Shown: positions 1-12,777, counted from the whole stretch's first letter. The stretch is DNA of 63,015 nt, filler included, from Reclinomonas americana ATCC 50394 (GCA_048213135.1; 8 parts of 3 records of this genome joined end to end with filler, not necessarily neighbours in it), one strand, 5' to 3'. Notes: a model not told the origin generated them from the letters alone. Numbers and translations are program-made.

Positions 1-38
<38 letters not shown>

Positions 39-698
39 TAGGCAGAGCAGCGTGACGGACAGACGTTGACAGAGAAATGGCAGAGACAGTGACAGGGAAG
101 AGGGAAAGGAGGAGAAGTGAGAGAAGATTGATTGAGAGACAGAAGATGAAAGGCGGAGAGAGAGAGAGACGAGAGAGGGGACAGACAGACAAACAAAGAG
201 AGATAGGAAAAGCAGAGTGACAAGAGAGACAAGAGAGAAAGGGAGAGGGAACGGGAGCAGACTACGAGAGAGACTGATGAAGAAAGGAGGAGAGAAATGA
301 GAGGGGACAAGACAGACAAACAGAGAGATAGGCAGAGCAGAGTGACGGACAGACATTGACAGAGACAGAGACAGGGATGGAGGAAAAGAAGAGGAGAGTG
401 AGAAGACTGATTGAGAGACAGAAGAAGAAAGGGGGAGAGACACGAGAGGGTACAGACAGTCAGAAAGCGCGTGTGCGAGAGAGACAGAGAGCAGAGGGCT
501 CACTATGAAGGACATTACATCCACCCTCTCTCTCTTTCTTTCTTGTTTCTCTCTCTCCCCCTCGATGTTTGCGTGTTGTATCTCTTCCCAGTTCAGTCAT
601 GCTCTTCACGACATCACTCTCGGATTCTTGCAAACTCACTCAGAGACTCACTGTCACATTTCTCACTCATTGTCTCTCTCTTTCTCACACGTCCTCAC

Positions 699-930
699 CA
701 AACAGTGTACGAATTCTTCGTCACACTGGTGTCGAGAGTGATGGCCTCGACCACAGTGCTTGTGAACGATGATAACAGCAGCGAGAATGTCTGAGCGGAG
801 CCGTCGTTGCAGTCGGTTCCGACCACCAGCGTAATAATGTCACCGCCATCCAGGTCCGTTCCCGAGATGGTGACGGTGGTGAAGCGCGTCGCGGCGTAGA
901 TGGAGGCCGGGGAGAAGGAGGTGACGGTGG
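699..930 (-). CDS. Internal exon of a probable large secreted/surface protein (IPT/TIG-like beta-sandwich); rest of gene lost in microsatellites and gaps
   Basis: Flanked by acceptor ttctgacAG and donor GTGAGG. Encodes ATVTSFSPASIYAATRFTTVTISGTDL..., resembling the IPT/TIG 'ITSxSP...VTIxGxNF' pattern. Confidence 0.55.
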
Positions 931-1402
931 CTGTCAGAAAGGTAAAGGGGAAAGAGGGGAAGTGAGGAGGGAAAGGGAAAGTGAGGGGAAGGGGGATATG
1001 GAAGGAACGGAGAAGAGGATTGGAAACGAGGAGAGAGGGCACAGAAGATGGATTGAGATGCAGAGAGGAAGAGGGTAAAAGCAGGAGGATGATAAGGTAG
1101 AGAAAGAGAGAGAGAGAGAGGGAGGCGAAGAAGAAGAAGAAGAAGAGAAGAACAAGAGAGAGAGGCGAGAAAGAGAAAGTAGAGAATGATGGAGATACAG
1201 TACCGAGACTGGCGGACACAATGATATTGAATAAGTGAAAGAGCTGCAGCGAGACAGACGGAGAGAGAGAGAGGAGGCGAAGAAGAACAAATGGGAAGGG
1301 TATTTGAAATGAGAGAGGCGAGAAGAGAGAATGCAGAGAATGATGGATATACTGGCGGACACAATGATATTGACTAGGTGAAACAGCTGCAGCGAGACAA
1401 AC

Positions 1403-1511
<109 letters not shown>

Positions 1512-3228
1512 NNNNNNNNNNNNNNNNNNNNNNNNNNNNNNNNNNNNNNNNNNNNNNNNNNNNNNNNNNNNNNNNNNNNNNNNNNNNNNNNNNNNNNNNN
1601 NNNNNNNNNNNNNNNNNNNNNNNNNNNNNNNNNNNNNNNNNNNNNNNNNNNNNNNNNNNNNNNNNNNNNNNNNNNNNNNNNNNNNNNNNNNNNNNNNNNN
1701 NNNNNNNNNNNNNNNNNNNNNNNNNNNNNNNNNNNNNNNNNNNNNNNNNNNNNNNNNNNNNNNNNNNNNNNNNNNNNNNNNNNNNNNNNNNNNNNNNNNN
1801 NNNNNNNNNNNNNNNNNNNNNNNNNNNNNNNNNNNNNNNNNNNNNNNNNNNNNNNNNNNNNNNNNNNNNNNNNNNNNNNNNNNNNNNNNNNNNNNNNNNN
1901 NNNNNNNNNNNNNNNNNNNNNNNNNNNNNNNNNNNNNNNNNNNNNNNNNNNNNNNNNNNNNNNNNNNNNNNNNNNNNNNNNNNNNNNNNNNNNNNNNNNN
2001 NNNNNNNNNNNNNNNNNNNNNNNNNNNNNNNNNNNNNNNNNNNNNNNNNNNNNNNNNNNNNNNNNNNNNNNNNNNNNCTGCAGCGAGACAGACAGCGAGA
2101 GAGAGAGAGAGAGGACTGAAGAAAGAGAGGGGAAAGGCGACAACGATGAGAGAAAAAGACGGAGAGGGACAAAGGGAGAAGAAGGAGATGCACCAGAGCA
2201 AGAGAGACATGCAGCGAGGAAGAGGAAGAAAGAGGACAGCAGGAGGAGAAAGAGCGCGATAGAGAGGGAGGAACCGAGGAGGAGGAGAAGACACAAATGC
2301 AGAGGAGGGGAGTAAGAGAAGGAAGAGAGGGGGGCGACCCAGGTGAGAGAAGGATGAGAGAGAGAGAGACTTGTTGAGGGAGAGCGAGAGAGAGAGAGAG
2401 AGAAGATGACAGACCTGTAGATAGAGCAAGAGAGAGAGAGAGAAGTGCAGAGAAGGAAGAGAGAGAGGCGATCCAGGTGAGAGAAGGATGATAGAGAGAG
2501 GAGGAGACAAGGCGAGAGAAGGATGAGAGAGAGACTTGTTGAGGAAGAGCGAGAGAGAGAGAGAGAGAAGATGACAGACCTGTAGATAGAGACAAAAGAG
2601 AGAGAGAGAGAGAAGAGAGANNNNNNNNNNNNNNNNNNNNNNNNNNNNNNNNNNNNNNNNNNNNNNNNNNNNNNNNNNNNNNNNNNNNNNNNNNNNNNNN
2701 NNNNNNNNNNNNNNNNNNNNNNNNNNNNNNNNNNNNNNNNNNNNNNNNNNNNNNNNNNNNNNNNNNNNNNNNNNNNNNNNNNNNNNNNNNNNNNNNNNNN
2801 NNNNNNNNNNNNNNNNNNNNNNNNNNNNNNNNNNNNNNNNNNNNNNNNNNNNNNNNNNNNNNNNNNNNNNNNNNNNNTACTGCCACCACCAGTGTCACCA
2901 CAAGCAGCAGCAGTGGAGACGGTGAAGGTGAGAGGAAACCACTGCAAAACCAATGAGAAAAGAGTGAGACAACAGAGAGAATGAGCGCGAAAACAAACAC
3001 ACACACCGCTGTCCCATTGTTGCAGAGAGAAGCTGTTGGTGTTGGTGTGGGGGCGAGGAGTGTCACTCACTCACTCTGCCTGTGTGTGCTCTGGGAGAGT
3101 GTGTGATGCAAAAAATTGACCGTTACAAAATCGCATATTGTTTTTGGCAATATCAGCAGTCAAGATGGTCTCTTTGCCAGAGGAAAGAAAGTGAAAAACG
3201 AGAGTGCGGTAAGACTCTGCATGGGTCA

Positions 3229-3419
3229 TTGGATAAAGCTGATCTGCGCCTTGACCAAATTTGTCCATTTTCCTTGACACGTACCCTTTGCCCTTGAACC
3301 GATGCGTGAGTGTGATCAGCGACTTTTTCTATCCCTCGACGCGTCATCCGCCTTCGTGGAATCACTGTTCCTCGACCCTTGACCCTTTGTAGGACAAGGC
3401 GCAGATCAGCTTTATCCAA
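3229..3419. repeat. 25-bp perfect inverted repeat around a 141-bp spacer (MITE-like or hairpin)
   Basis: TTGGATAAAGCTGATCTGCGCCTTG at 3229-3253; exact reverse complement at 3395-3419. Confidence 0.85.
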
Positions 3420-3619
3420 CCGCAGAGTGGGGATAAAACCGTCTCAATATATGCATGTATTTCTCACTGTCGACGCAAACTGGGTTTTCATTTGCCTCTA
3501 TGACAGTACCCTACACGTACACTCCCGTCTCCTACGTATTAGAGTAACCTGAACTTTGGCAGGCGAGCCGCGCAGCAACATTCAAAAGAGCAAGAACCAA
3601 CGAACATGCAACAGCAGTC

Positions 3620-4415
3620 TAGATGGCCATGTGTTTCCTCTCGTTGTCTGCAGTATACCAGAATGAAAGTTCACCTGCGGCTGTAAGGAAGTGGTGATCT
3701 AGACGCGCCAGTGTGTACATGTGTGTTGTGAATGAGGTAGCGGTGCGTTCCTCCACCTCACTTTTGTTGTCGTACATTTGTTGCAGTCTTCTCTTCGTCG
3801 TGGGAACACTGGTTCACTTGACGACGGTGTGCAGGCCAACTTTGAGGTCTTCGACAACTGAGGACATGGTGCGGACGATCTGTGGTTGCAGTGTGAGTGA
3901 GACGGAGCAGAGAGTGGTGCGCAAAAGAATGTGTGACGAAACCTGCTGTTCGTCTTCGTCGCGGTCCTGCGGGGCGAATGGACAGGAGGTGAGAAACGGA
4001 GAAGGGGAAAGGGAGAGGGGGAAGGGAGAGGGGGAAGGGAGAGGGGGAAGAAACAGGGGGAAGGAGAAGGGGGGAGGAACATGGGGAAGGAGGGGTAAGG
4101 GAAGGGGGAAGGAACANNNNNNNNNNNNNNNNNNNNNNNNNNNNNNNNNNNNNNNNNNNNNNNNNNNNNNNNNNNNNNNNNNNNNNNNNNNNNNNNNNNN
4201 NNNNNNNNNNNNNNNNNNNNNNNNNNNNNNNNNNNNNNNNNNNNNNNNNNNNNNNNNNNNNNNNNNNNNNNNNNNNNNNNNNNNNNNNNNNNNNNNNNNN
4301 NNNNNNNNNNNNNNNNNNNNNNNNNNNNNNNNNNNNNNNNNNNNNNNNNNNNNNNNNNNNNNNNNNNNNNNNNNNNNNNNNNNNNNNNNNNNNNNNNNNN
4401 NNNNNNNNNNNNNNN

Positions 4416-4468
<53 letters not shown>

Positions 4469-4553
4469 GGGGGCAAGGAGAGGGCGCTGACCTGCTGACA
4501 TGGAAAAAAGGGGAGATATCGAGTTCGTGGGACGAATAAGCGAAGCGACTTGT
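3620..4553 (-). CDS. Fragmentary multi-exon gene of unknown function
   Basis: Short AG/GT-bounded exon candidates (DRDEDEQQ at 3943-3966; IVRTMSSVVEDLK; CSHDEEKTATNVRQQK), interrupted by an N gap. No recognisable domain. Confidence 0.3.
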
Positions 4554-4557
4554 ACTG

Positions 4558-4773
4558 CAACAACACAACTTTAACAATCCATTCACCAACAAACAAGCAA
4601 CAGTTGCAACTGCTGATGACCAAATACAACCGCATCCAAAACATCAACACAGACATCAGTCTTGAGGCAGCAGCAGGTTCCTTGTGTGTGTGTTCGCTCT
4701 CGGAGCTCCGAACGAGTCGAGAACTGCGATCTTCACTGCATACTAATCCAAACAGCAACACAGCTGCATGATG
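4558..4773 (+). repeat. Dispersed ~200-bp repeat, copy 1 (inverted relative to copies 2 and 3), followed by a partial second head module
   Basis: Reverse complement aligns to 33436-33636 and 62018-62216 (e.g. GTTCGCTCTCGGAGCTCCGAAC and GTCGAGAACTGCGATCTTCAC). Confidence 0.85.
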
Positions 4774-5011
4774 ATCACCGTCTTGAGTGAGCACCAGACA
4801 CTCAGACATCACGGGAAAAACGAGAAAAAGTAGAGACGGCTAATGCTGGCGTTTCTGCGCATGCAAGAGAAACCACCTCCATGATGAAGGGTTCACACAC
4901 ACCCTCTGTCATGCCCATGCTGTGTCGCTTGCAATCTATGAGAGGTAGAGTACGCAAGACGTAATTCACTTACCCATCGCCCCCCATCCGTGCTCCTGTT
5001 AACGGAAATGA

Positions 5012-8000
5012 CTACAAACTGAGGTAGTACATTTCACGCGACTGGCGCTCCAAGACCGAGCCGATCCGGCTGCCAACCATCTCCATGTCACGAACAACGC
5101 AATGAAACCGCTGATAGTCGACAACGACGCACCGTTCAACCTTCTCGGCTTCAAAATGGTTGCCTCGCGAACGGAGTGCAGACGCCAAGATGTGCCGACT
5201 GGACACAGCGTTTGGATGGTCGACTCCACGAATCCGCTCATTGTCGACCACCACATGCCGCTGCATCTGCTCCGCCTCAGCATATTCGCCAAGTGAACAG
5301 AGTGTCATCGCCAACTTGCCGCGGCTAGCGATGGTGTCCGGATGGTTGACTCCAAATATCCGTCCACGGTCGGCCACCGCACGCCGCTGAATCTGCTCCG
5401 CCTCTGCATATTTGCCGACTGCGTGGAGCGTCGATGCCAGGTTGCCGCGACTGGTGACGGTCTCTGGATGGTTGCGGCCAAGAATCCGCTCACTGTTGGC
5501 GACGACACGCCGCGCGATCACCTCCGCCTCGACAAACTTGCCGAGCGAAGAGAGTGTCATCGCCAGGCTTTGGCTGCTGGCAATGGCGTCTGGATGATCG
5601 ACCCCTAGGATTCGCTCATAATCGGCCACCACACGCCTCTGAATCTTCTCCGCCTCGGCGTACTTGCCAAGCGAGTGGAGAGTTGACGCCAAGTGAGCAC
5701 GACTGGTGATGGTGTCTGGATGGTCCAAGCCAAGGATCCGCTCACGATCGAAAACCACACGCCGTCCTATCCTCTCGGCTTCGGCATACTTGCCAAGACC
5801 GTTAAGCGTCGACGCCAATATGTGACGACTGCCGATAGACTCTGGGTGGTCCACTCCGAGTATTCGCTCACGATCGGCCACCACACGTCGTTCAATTTCC
5901 TCGGCCTCGGCATACTTACCAAGTGCATTTAGCGTCGACGCCAACTTGTCGCGGCTGGTCATCGTGTCAGGATGATTGACACCAAGAAGCCACTCGTGAT
6001 CGGCCACCATACGTCGCTCAATCTCCTCCGCTTCGGCATATTTGCCGAGTAGCAGGTATGTTAACGCCAAGCTGTGGCGACTGTTGACTGCGTCTGGATG
6101 GTCGACACCCAGAAGACGCTCACGATCGACCACCACGCGCCACTGACTGTCCTCGGCCTCAGAATGCTTGCCAAGCACGTGTAGAACCGCAGTGAGCTTC
6201 TCCCTCGCCCTCAGTGCCAAGAGCATGTAAACTCGAGCCTCCACTGTAGGAATAGGCTTGATTCAGCGCAAGAGCTTCAGAAGCACAACATGCGTGCCAC
6301 GATTCACCACGACCGCTGGCAGCACGCTCGTTAACATCGACAATCGCACGCAGAATACTGTGCGCTTCTTCTGCGGCCGCAATGCTCCTCTGTAGAGCAC
6401 GGAATGAACGATCAGTCGCAGATTGACCAATAATCATCAAAACAGCAGGCGCAACTGGGATGGGATCTTTCCAAGATTGCTGAATGCCGAGAAACACGAG
6501 CAGCACAGATCGAGGAATCCCTGTAACAGAACACATCAGTAAAGTCGATAAGAGTACAGCAGAACACGCGATCCAACTGCAGACCATCGACGGCACTCAA
6601 GTGCTGATTGATCTTCTGAGTCAGTGCCGCGAGTGCAGGATTCTGTGTCATGTCGCCTGCTGGGCAGTGAAGGTGAACAGACTGAACAGACATAAACAAT
6701 GAGAGAATATACATCCCACCTTTCGTTGACGTCACCAAGTCGACAAATGGCCCAAGAATCTCCAGAACATCCAACGATTTCTGTGCCTCCTCTCCGGACA
6801 GCCGTTCTCGCACCTCTGTGGATTGAAAAATACGGTTCAGGCACGAACATTGGTGCTGCTGTCGGTCAAGTACATGTGTGCGAGACACGGACCATTCCAC
6901 AGCCCTCGCAAGCAGTCTTGGAGTGCGGCTTGAAGTCGTGCACGTTGCTGTTCATCCACACGAGGCATGATCGTGTCAAACACATTGCCAAGAGCCGCCA
7001 CCACATTGTCCACCGTCACGCATTCTGCTTGAACTGGCAATGAGAGAATGGACAATGCCACGACAACTGCTTGCAGCAAAACACTCACCGTCGCTTGGCT
7101 GCAACGCTACACGCAGCAAGCGATCTGTTCTGTCGACGAACTTCGCATCATTCCAACCAAGCATTGAACGAAACGGGGCTGGCGGCGGGTGCACATTGTG
7201 AGAAGCACAGACGGGGGTGCCAAGTCAGGAATATGAATGCTCACCATTGTATCGCGGTGAGTCGTAAAAACGATCGATAGAGTGCGATTGGCGGGGTGGC
7301 AAGTCGTGTTCCACAGTGTTGGGCAACTCCAGGCTACGACGCAGACCAACCCACTGTGCCACTCGAACAGAGAGGTCATCGGAATTCGAATACGTGTGTA
7401 CGAATCCTTTGTGGTGCTGAGTTGCTTTGCTTGCTGTATTCCAGAGAGGCACGCCTCGCCGGGTTGCGCTCTGATGTTCGGCGTTTGAGATAAACCCAAC
7501 GAAAAAGTATGCAGTGAACAACAAACCTCGCTATCGTCGGAGGCCACCCAGGAAGCCGGTACTGGAATGGTGGCAAACAAATACGCGTTCATTGGGAGCC
7601 GCGCGCTCTTGGCCAGCTCGCTGTGCATCAACCAAGCACTCTGGTCCTCGACATGAGCGCAGAGCAAGGGAATACGCGGCACGAAAACGACAAAGAGACG
7701 CACAATGGCAGAGCCAAGGCCGTGTCCGTGCACACTGACGCGATACGGCTTGAATGCTGCGTCTGGTCCGTGACTGGCTTGATATGACGGCGCCACGACA
7801 TCGAGGGCGTATCGCAGAGCCTCCTTGGCGGCCTCGAACTGCCAAGGGACAACACCGAAGAAGGCAAATCCGAGTGCCAGCTTGATGTGGGTCCAGAGAT
7901 CCGTCAACTTGGTGAAACGCGTTCCCGCGATGCACAAGTTGATCTCACGATTTTCGCGATCAACCTGCACACAAAGAAGCAATATCGTGATGGGGTGAGA

Positions 8001-9264
8001 GAGCAGGTCAAGTGGCAAAAGGGGAAGGGGGGAGGGACGAGGAAGGATGTAGAGCAGAGTGAAGAGCAATGAAGGACAGGGAGCAGAGCAATGCAGAGCA
8101 TAGAGTGCAGGAGCAACGCAGAGTCGAGTGCAGGAGCAATGCAGAGCAGAGAGTGCAGCAATGAAGAGCAGAGTCAGTGCAGCAATGCAGAGCAGAGTGT
8201 AGAGCAATGCAGAGCAGAGCGCAGGAGCAATGCAGAGCAGAGCGCAGGAGCAATGCAGAGAAGAGCGCAGGAGCAATGCAGAGAAGAGCGCAGGAGCAAT
8301 GCAGAGCAGAGCGCAGAGCAATGAAGAGCAGAGCGACGGAGCAACGCAGAGCAGAGCGAAGAGCAAGAAAGTGCAGAGCGGAGAGCAATGAAGAGCAGAG
8401 CGGAGAGCAATGAAGAGCAGAGCGGAGAGCAATGCAGAGCAGAGTGAAGCAGAGAAAGAGCAGAGCGAAGAGCAATGCAGGCATTACAACGCATCTCGAG
8501 CACGCAACGACAATGACGTAGGTCTCCTGTGCATCCACCACTTCCAAGCTCCGCAGACGACGCTTGAGGCTGTAGGGACAATCATAGGCCATCTTGCGCA
8601 ACATCTCTCGCGCAGCGGCAATGCGTCCCTCCGCAGTCGCCAGCGCGACCGGCTTTCCCGTGTACTCGTTCACGGAGTACGCCAACATCGCGAGCGCGGC
8701 ATGGTAGCACTTCATCTCAGTGAGTGCAGAGACCAGGCTCTGTTCCGCGATGCAGATGCGTTGATCAATGGACTCCCGGATGGCCGAGGCAAGCTCGCCT
8801 TTGTTGTTAACGGCGATCATTGGAGACGGGCGGATGAGCGACAACGGCGGAGGGTGTGGTGGTGGGTGTGGAGTGTGGAGGGGGAGTGGAAGTCGTGAAG
8901 GGGGGGAGGGTGGGACTCGGTGTTGGGCGATGGTGGATTCGGTGAGGTGGATGAGGGTGGGGGAGGCCTGGAGGGGGGGGGGAGGGGAGGAGAGAGGGGG
9001 GAGGAGAGAGGGGGAGAGGGGGAGGGAAGGAGGGAGAGTGTGAGAGAGAGAGGCATGATTTCGCTGAGTTGCCACCAACACATGATGGTAAGAGGGAGGA
9101 AGCGAGCAACGAAGAGACGTGCTATGCGTTTTCTTCGCCGGCGCGAGTGCAAGCACACGCGCGTATTACATAAACGTGTGTGTCACGTGAATAAAACTCA
9201 CCAAGAGCCCGCCGACGCCGAGCAGCACTCTGCCACTCCAGTGGCGTCGCAGCTGGTGTAGCAT
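5012..9264 (-). CDS. Lipase_3-like (pseudo-enzyme) + TPR-array protein, paralog A; about 11 exons
   Basis: Spliced model: MLHQLRRHWSGRVLLGVGGLL|ASPTLIHL..., lipase motifs LCIAGTR, DLWTH, VHGHGLG, YSNSDD, a helical linker, then one exon with ~8.5 42-aa KLC-type TPRs (LGKYAEAEEIxRRVVADRERILGVDHPDT). Exon structure is collinear with paralog B. Confidence 0.85.
8050..8480. repeat. Intronic minisatellite (GCAGAGCA / GAGCAATGCA units)
   Basis: Degenerate tandem units inside the intron 7965-8508 of paralog A. Confidence 0.9.
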
Positions 9265-9651
9265 GCGTGCAGTGAGGTCTTTATGTCGACACAATCCAAC
9301 GAAAGAAAGTACGTAATATAAGGCCGATAATGAGATTGTCCTGCGGACGACTTGGGAGGCGGGCTTGTTGCGCGTCGCAACTGTCATCACTGGCTGCCAT
9401 GGAGGCACACTTCCAGCTGCTCGTCTCGCGTCGTTATGAGAAGATCATGATCATCCTGACGTCGAGGTTTGATACCAACAAGTTACTCCTGACTCGTTCC
9501 CAGCAACCCACGTGTGTATCACTTCGCCTCCTCCCTCTACTTCCCTACTGGAAATTGCAAAAGTTATTGGATTCACTGATCTGCTCACAAAGAGTCTTTC
9601 TAGTGCACGTCGTGTGTTGTTTCGTCTTTGCTCACGGTCAGCAGCCACACG

Positions 9652-12600
9652 TCACAGAGCCTCCTCGGCCTCGACCTGCTTGCCAAGCGATTGGAGTGTC
9701 GTAATCAAGTTGCCGCGACTGGCGATTGTGCCCTGATGGTCGACTCCAAGAATCCGCTCACGATCGGCCACCAAGGGCCGCAATACATCCTCGGCTTCAC
9801 CGAACCGGCGAAGGAAGAAAAGTGTTGCTGCCCAGTCATGGCGACTGGCCATGGTATCTGGATGGTCGACTCCAAGAATCCGCTGGCGAACATCCACCAC
9901 GTGCCGCTGAATCTCCTCTGCCTCGCGGTACTCACGAAGCGATTGCAGAATGGCCGCCAAGGTGTGGAGACGGTTGATAGTAAGTGCATGTTCAACTCCA
10001 AGAATTCGCTTACTGGTGTCCACTACATGCCGCTGAATCTCCTTGGCCTCGACATTCTTGCCAAGCGAGTGAAGTGTCGATGCCAAGTTGTGGCAACTGG
10101 CGATGGTATCTGGATGGTCGATTCCGAGGACCCGCTCGCTATCGGCCACCACAACGCGCTCGATCTTCTCCGCTTCGATGTGCCTATTGAGCGACCAGAG
10201 AGCGGCCGCCAAGTCGCCGCGACTAGTGATAGTGACTGGATGGTCGACTCCAAGAACTCGCTCGCGGTCTGCCACCACACGTCGCTCGATTACCTCGACC
10301 TCGACATACTTGCCAAGTGACCAGAGTATCGACGCCAACCTGTGACGACTGGTGATGGTATCTGGATGGTCGGCTCCAAGAACTCGCACAAAGTCCTCCA
10401 CCACACGCTTTTGAATCTCCTCGGCATCGGCATACTTGCCAAGCGACTGGAGAGACGATGCCAAGTTGTTGCGACTGGTAATGGTGTCCGGATGGTCGAC
10501 TCCAAGAATCCGCTCTCGGTCGGTCACCACCTGTCGCTGAATCTCCTCGGCATCGGCATGCTTGCCAAGTGACTCGAGTGTCGACGCCAAGTTGTGGCGA
10601 CTGGTGATGGTGTCAGGATGGTCGACTCCAAGAACTTCCTCATTGTCGGTCACCACACGCCGCTCAGTCTCCTCGACCTCCGCATACTTGCCAAGTGACT
10701 GAAGTGTCAAAGCCAAGTTACCGCGACTGGCGATGGTGTGTGGATGGTTGACTCCAAGAACTCGCTTAAAGTCCTCCACCACACGCTCCTGAATCTTCTC
10801 GGCCTCAGCATACTTGCCACGTGAGCGAAGGGTAGACGCCAAGTTGTGCCGACTACCAATAGTGTCCGGATGGTCGACACCGAGAACCCGCTCACGGTCG
10901 GTCACCACATGTTGCTGAATCTCCTCGGCATCGGCATACTTGCCAAGCGACTGGAGAGACGATGCCAAGTTGCCGCGACTGGTGATGGTGTCCGGATGGT
11001 CGACACCGAGAACCCGCTCACGGTCGGTCACCACCTGTCGCTGAATCTCCTCGGCATCGGCATGCTTGCCAAGTGACTGGAGAGTCGATGCCAAGTTACC
11101 GCGACTGGTGATGGTGTCCGGATGGTCGACACCGAGAACCCGCTCACGGTCGGTCACCACCTTTCGCTGAATCTCCTCGGCATCGGCATACTTGCCAAGC
11201 GCGCGGAGCGTCGAAGCCAAGTTGCTGCGACTCGTGATGGTGTCCAGATTATCGAAACCGAGAACCCACTCACGGTCGGCCACCAAACGCCGCTCGATCG
11301 TCTCCGCCTCGGTAAACTTGCCAACCGAATGAAGCGCTTCCGCGACCTTTGCAATCGACTTGAAAGCCCAAGTGCTGCTCCTGTCTGCACATGTCTTCGG
11401 TACGAAAGAAACAAGATTGTGCTTGTTTCACAACTCACCATCTATGTGATCACGTGCTACAAGTACACGATCTGCCAAATCGGTAGCTGACGGCAGAATT
11501 CGGAGCGCTTCCTGAGCTGCTGCTGAGCCTCGCTGCAGAGTGTGGCATAGTTAGTGAGTACTGCATCACTGTGCCTGTGTGCTGTACCAACGCATAACAC
11601 GCAACTGGCCTGCGGCCACCGCAAAGTTGTTGAACTCCGAGACACACAAACAACACAGATCGAGGAATACCAAGGCCTGCGGTGCATTCAGTAACAAACA
11701 TTGTGCACGCAAACATCAGCGAAACCCATTATCGAACCGTCGATATCAATCAGGTGCTGATTGATCTCCCGAGTCACAGTTGCGATATCCGGTGAATCCC
11801 CAACTGCGATGGATCAGAAATCAGCATTCTCAAGCAAGAAGAATTGACGACTTTGGAGGCACGAAGATGAGTGTGGAGGGCACCTTCTGTCACCACGTCA
11901 ACAAACGATCCAAGGAACTCCAGCACGTCCAATGATCTCCGAGCATCGTCTCCAATCACACGGTCTCGCACCTCTGCAATCAAACACGTACATAACTCTA
12001 AAACATAGACGGCAGGGTAAGTGCATGTGGGCGCGAGTCGCGAACCATTCCACAGCCCGTGCAAGCAGTCATTGAGAGTGGCCTGCAGACGCGCACTCTG
12101 TTGCACGTCCACATGGCGCTCGTTAATTAGCCGCATAAATTTGGAGAGATCGTCTGCCACTTTCGTCACGGAGAGAGCTGGTTGCAACATGAGCGCGAAA
12201 TGCATGCAGAAAAGTTGAATTAGAAATATGCACAAACATATGTCATCACCGCATCACCCGCAAACAAGGCTTACCTCCGTCCAACTGCTGCTGCAAGGCA
12301 GCCCGCAACATCTGGACAGCTTGTTGGACTGCGTCCGTGGCATGCTCACCAATTGCTGGCCATGGTGCTAAATACGTGAATATGTGCCGAAAGTAGAAGC
12401 CAGGGCTCGGAATGCTCACCAGCTCGCGCCGTGTCATAGAAGTGCACGACAGGATGTCCGTTCTGAGGCGAATCGTGCTCAACGGTGTCGGGAAGCTGGA
12501 GGCGGCGGCGGATCCCAATCGAACCGACCCACTGTGCCATTCTGACCACCCAGTCATCAGCATTCGAGTACCCATGAACTGCACCTCCGCGGTGGTACAC

Positions 12601-12777
12601 CGTCGTGCCGGCGGCCAATGCAAGCGGGGCGATTCCCACCTGATTCTGTGACGCAGCAGTGTTCCATAAAATGTCACTGAGATTCACACACACACACACA
12701 CACANNNNNNNNNNNNNNNNNNNNCGACGACGACGTACGTACGTAAACTAAAGTAACTACTACGTACGACGTACGTA

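Noticed and set aside
9652-9654. TGA reassignment / alternative genetic code
   Set aside because: Only one such case. Conserved exons elsewhere have no in-frame stops, Trp is TGG, and TGA ends other genes.
10400-11200. Regular 126-bp repeats as a CRISPR array
   Set aside because: Contiguous coding TPR units, with no unique spacers and no cas genes.
9628-11490. Plus-strand repetitive ORFs over the TPR and WD40 arrays
   Set aside because: Antisense shadows of the minus-strand repeat genes.
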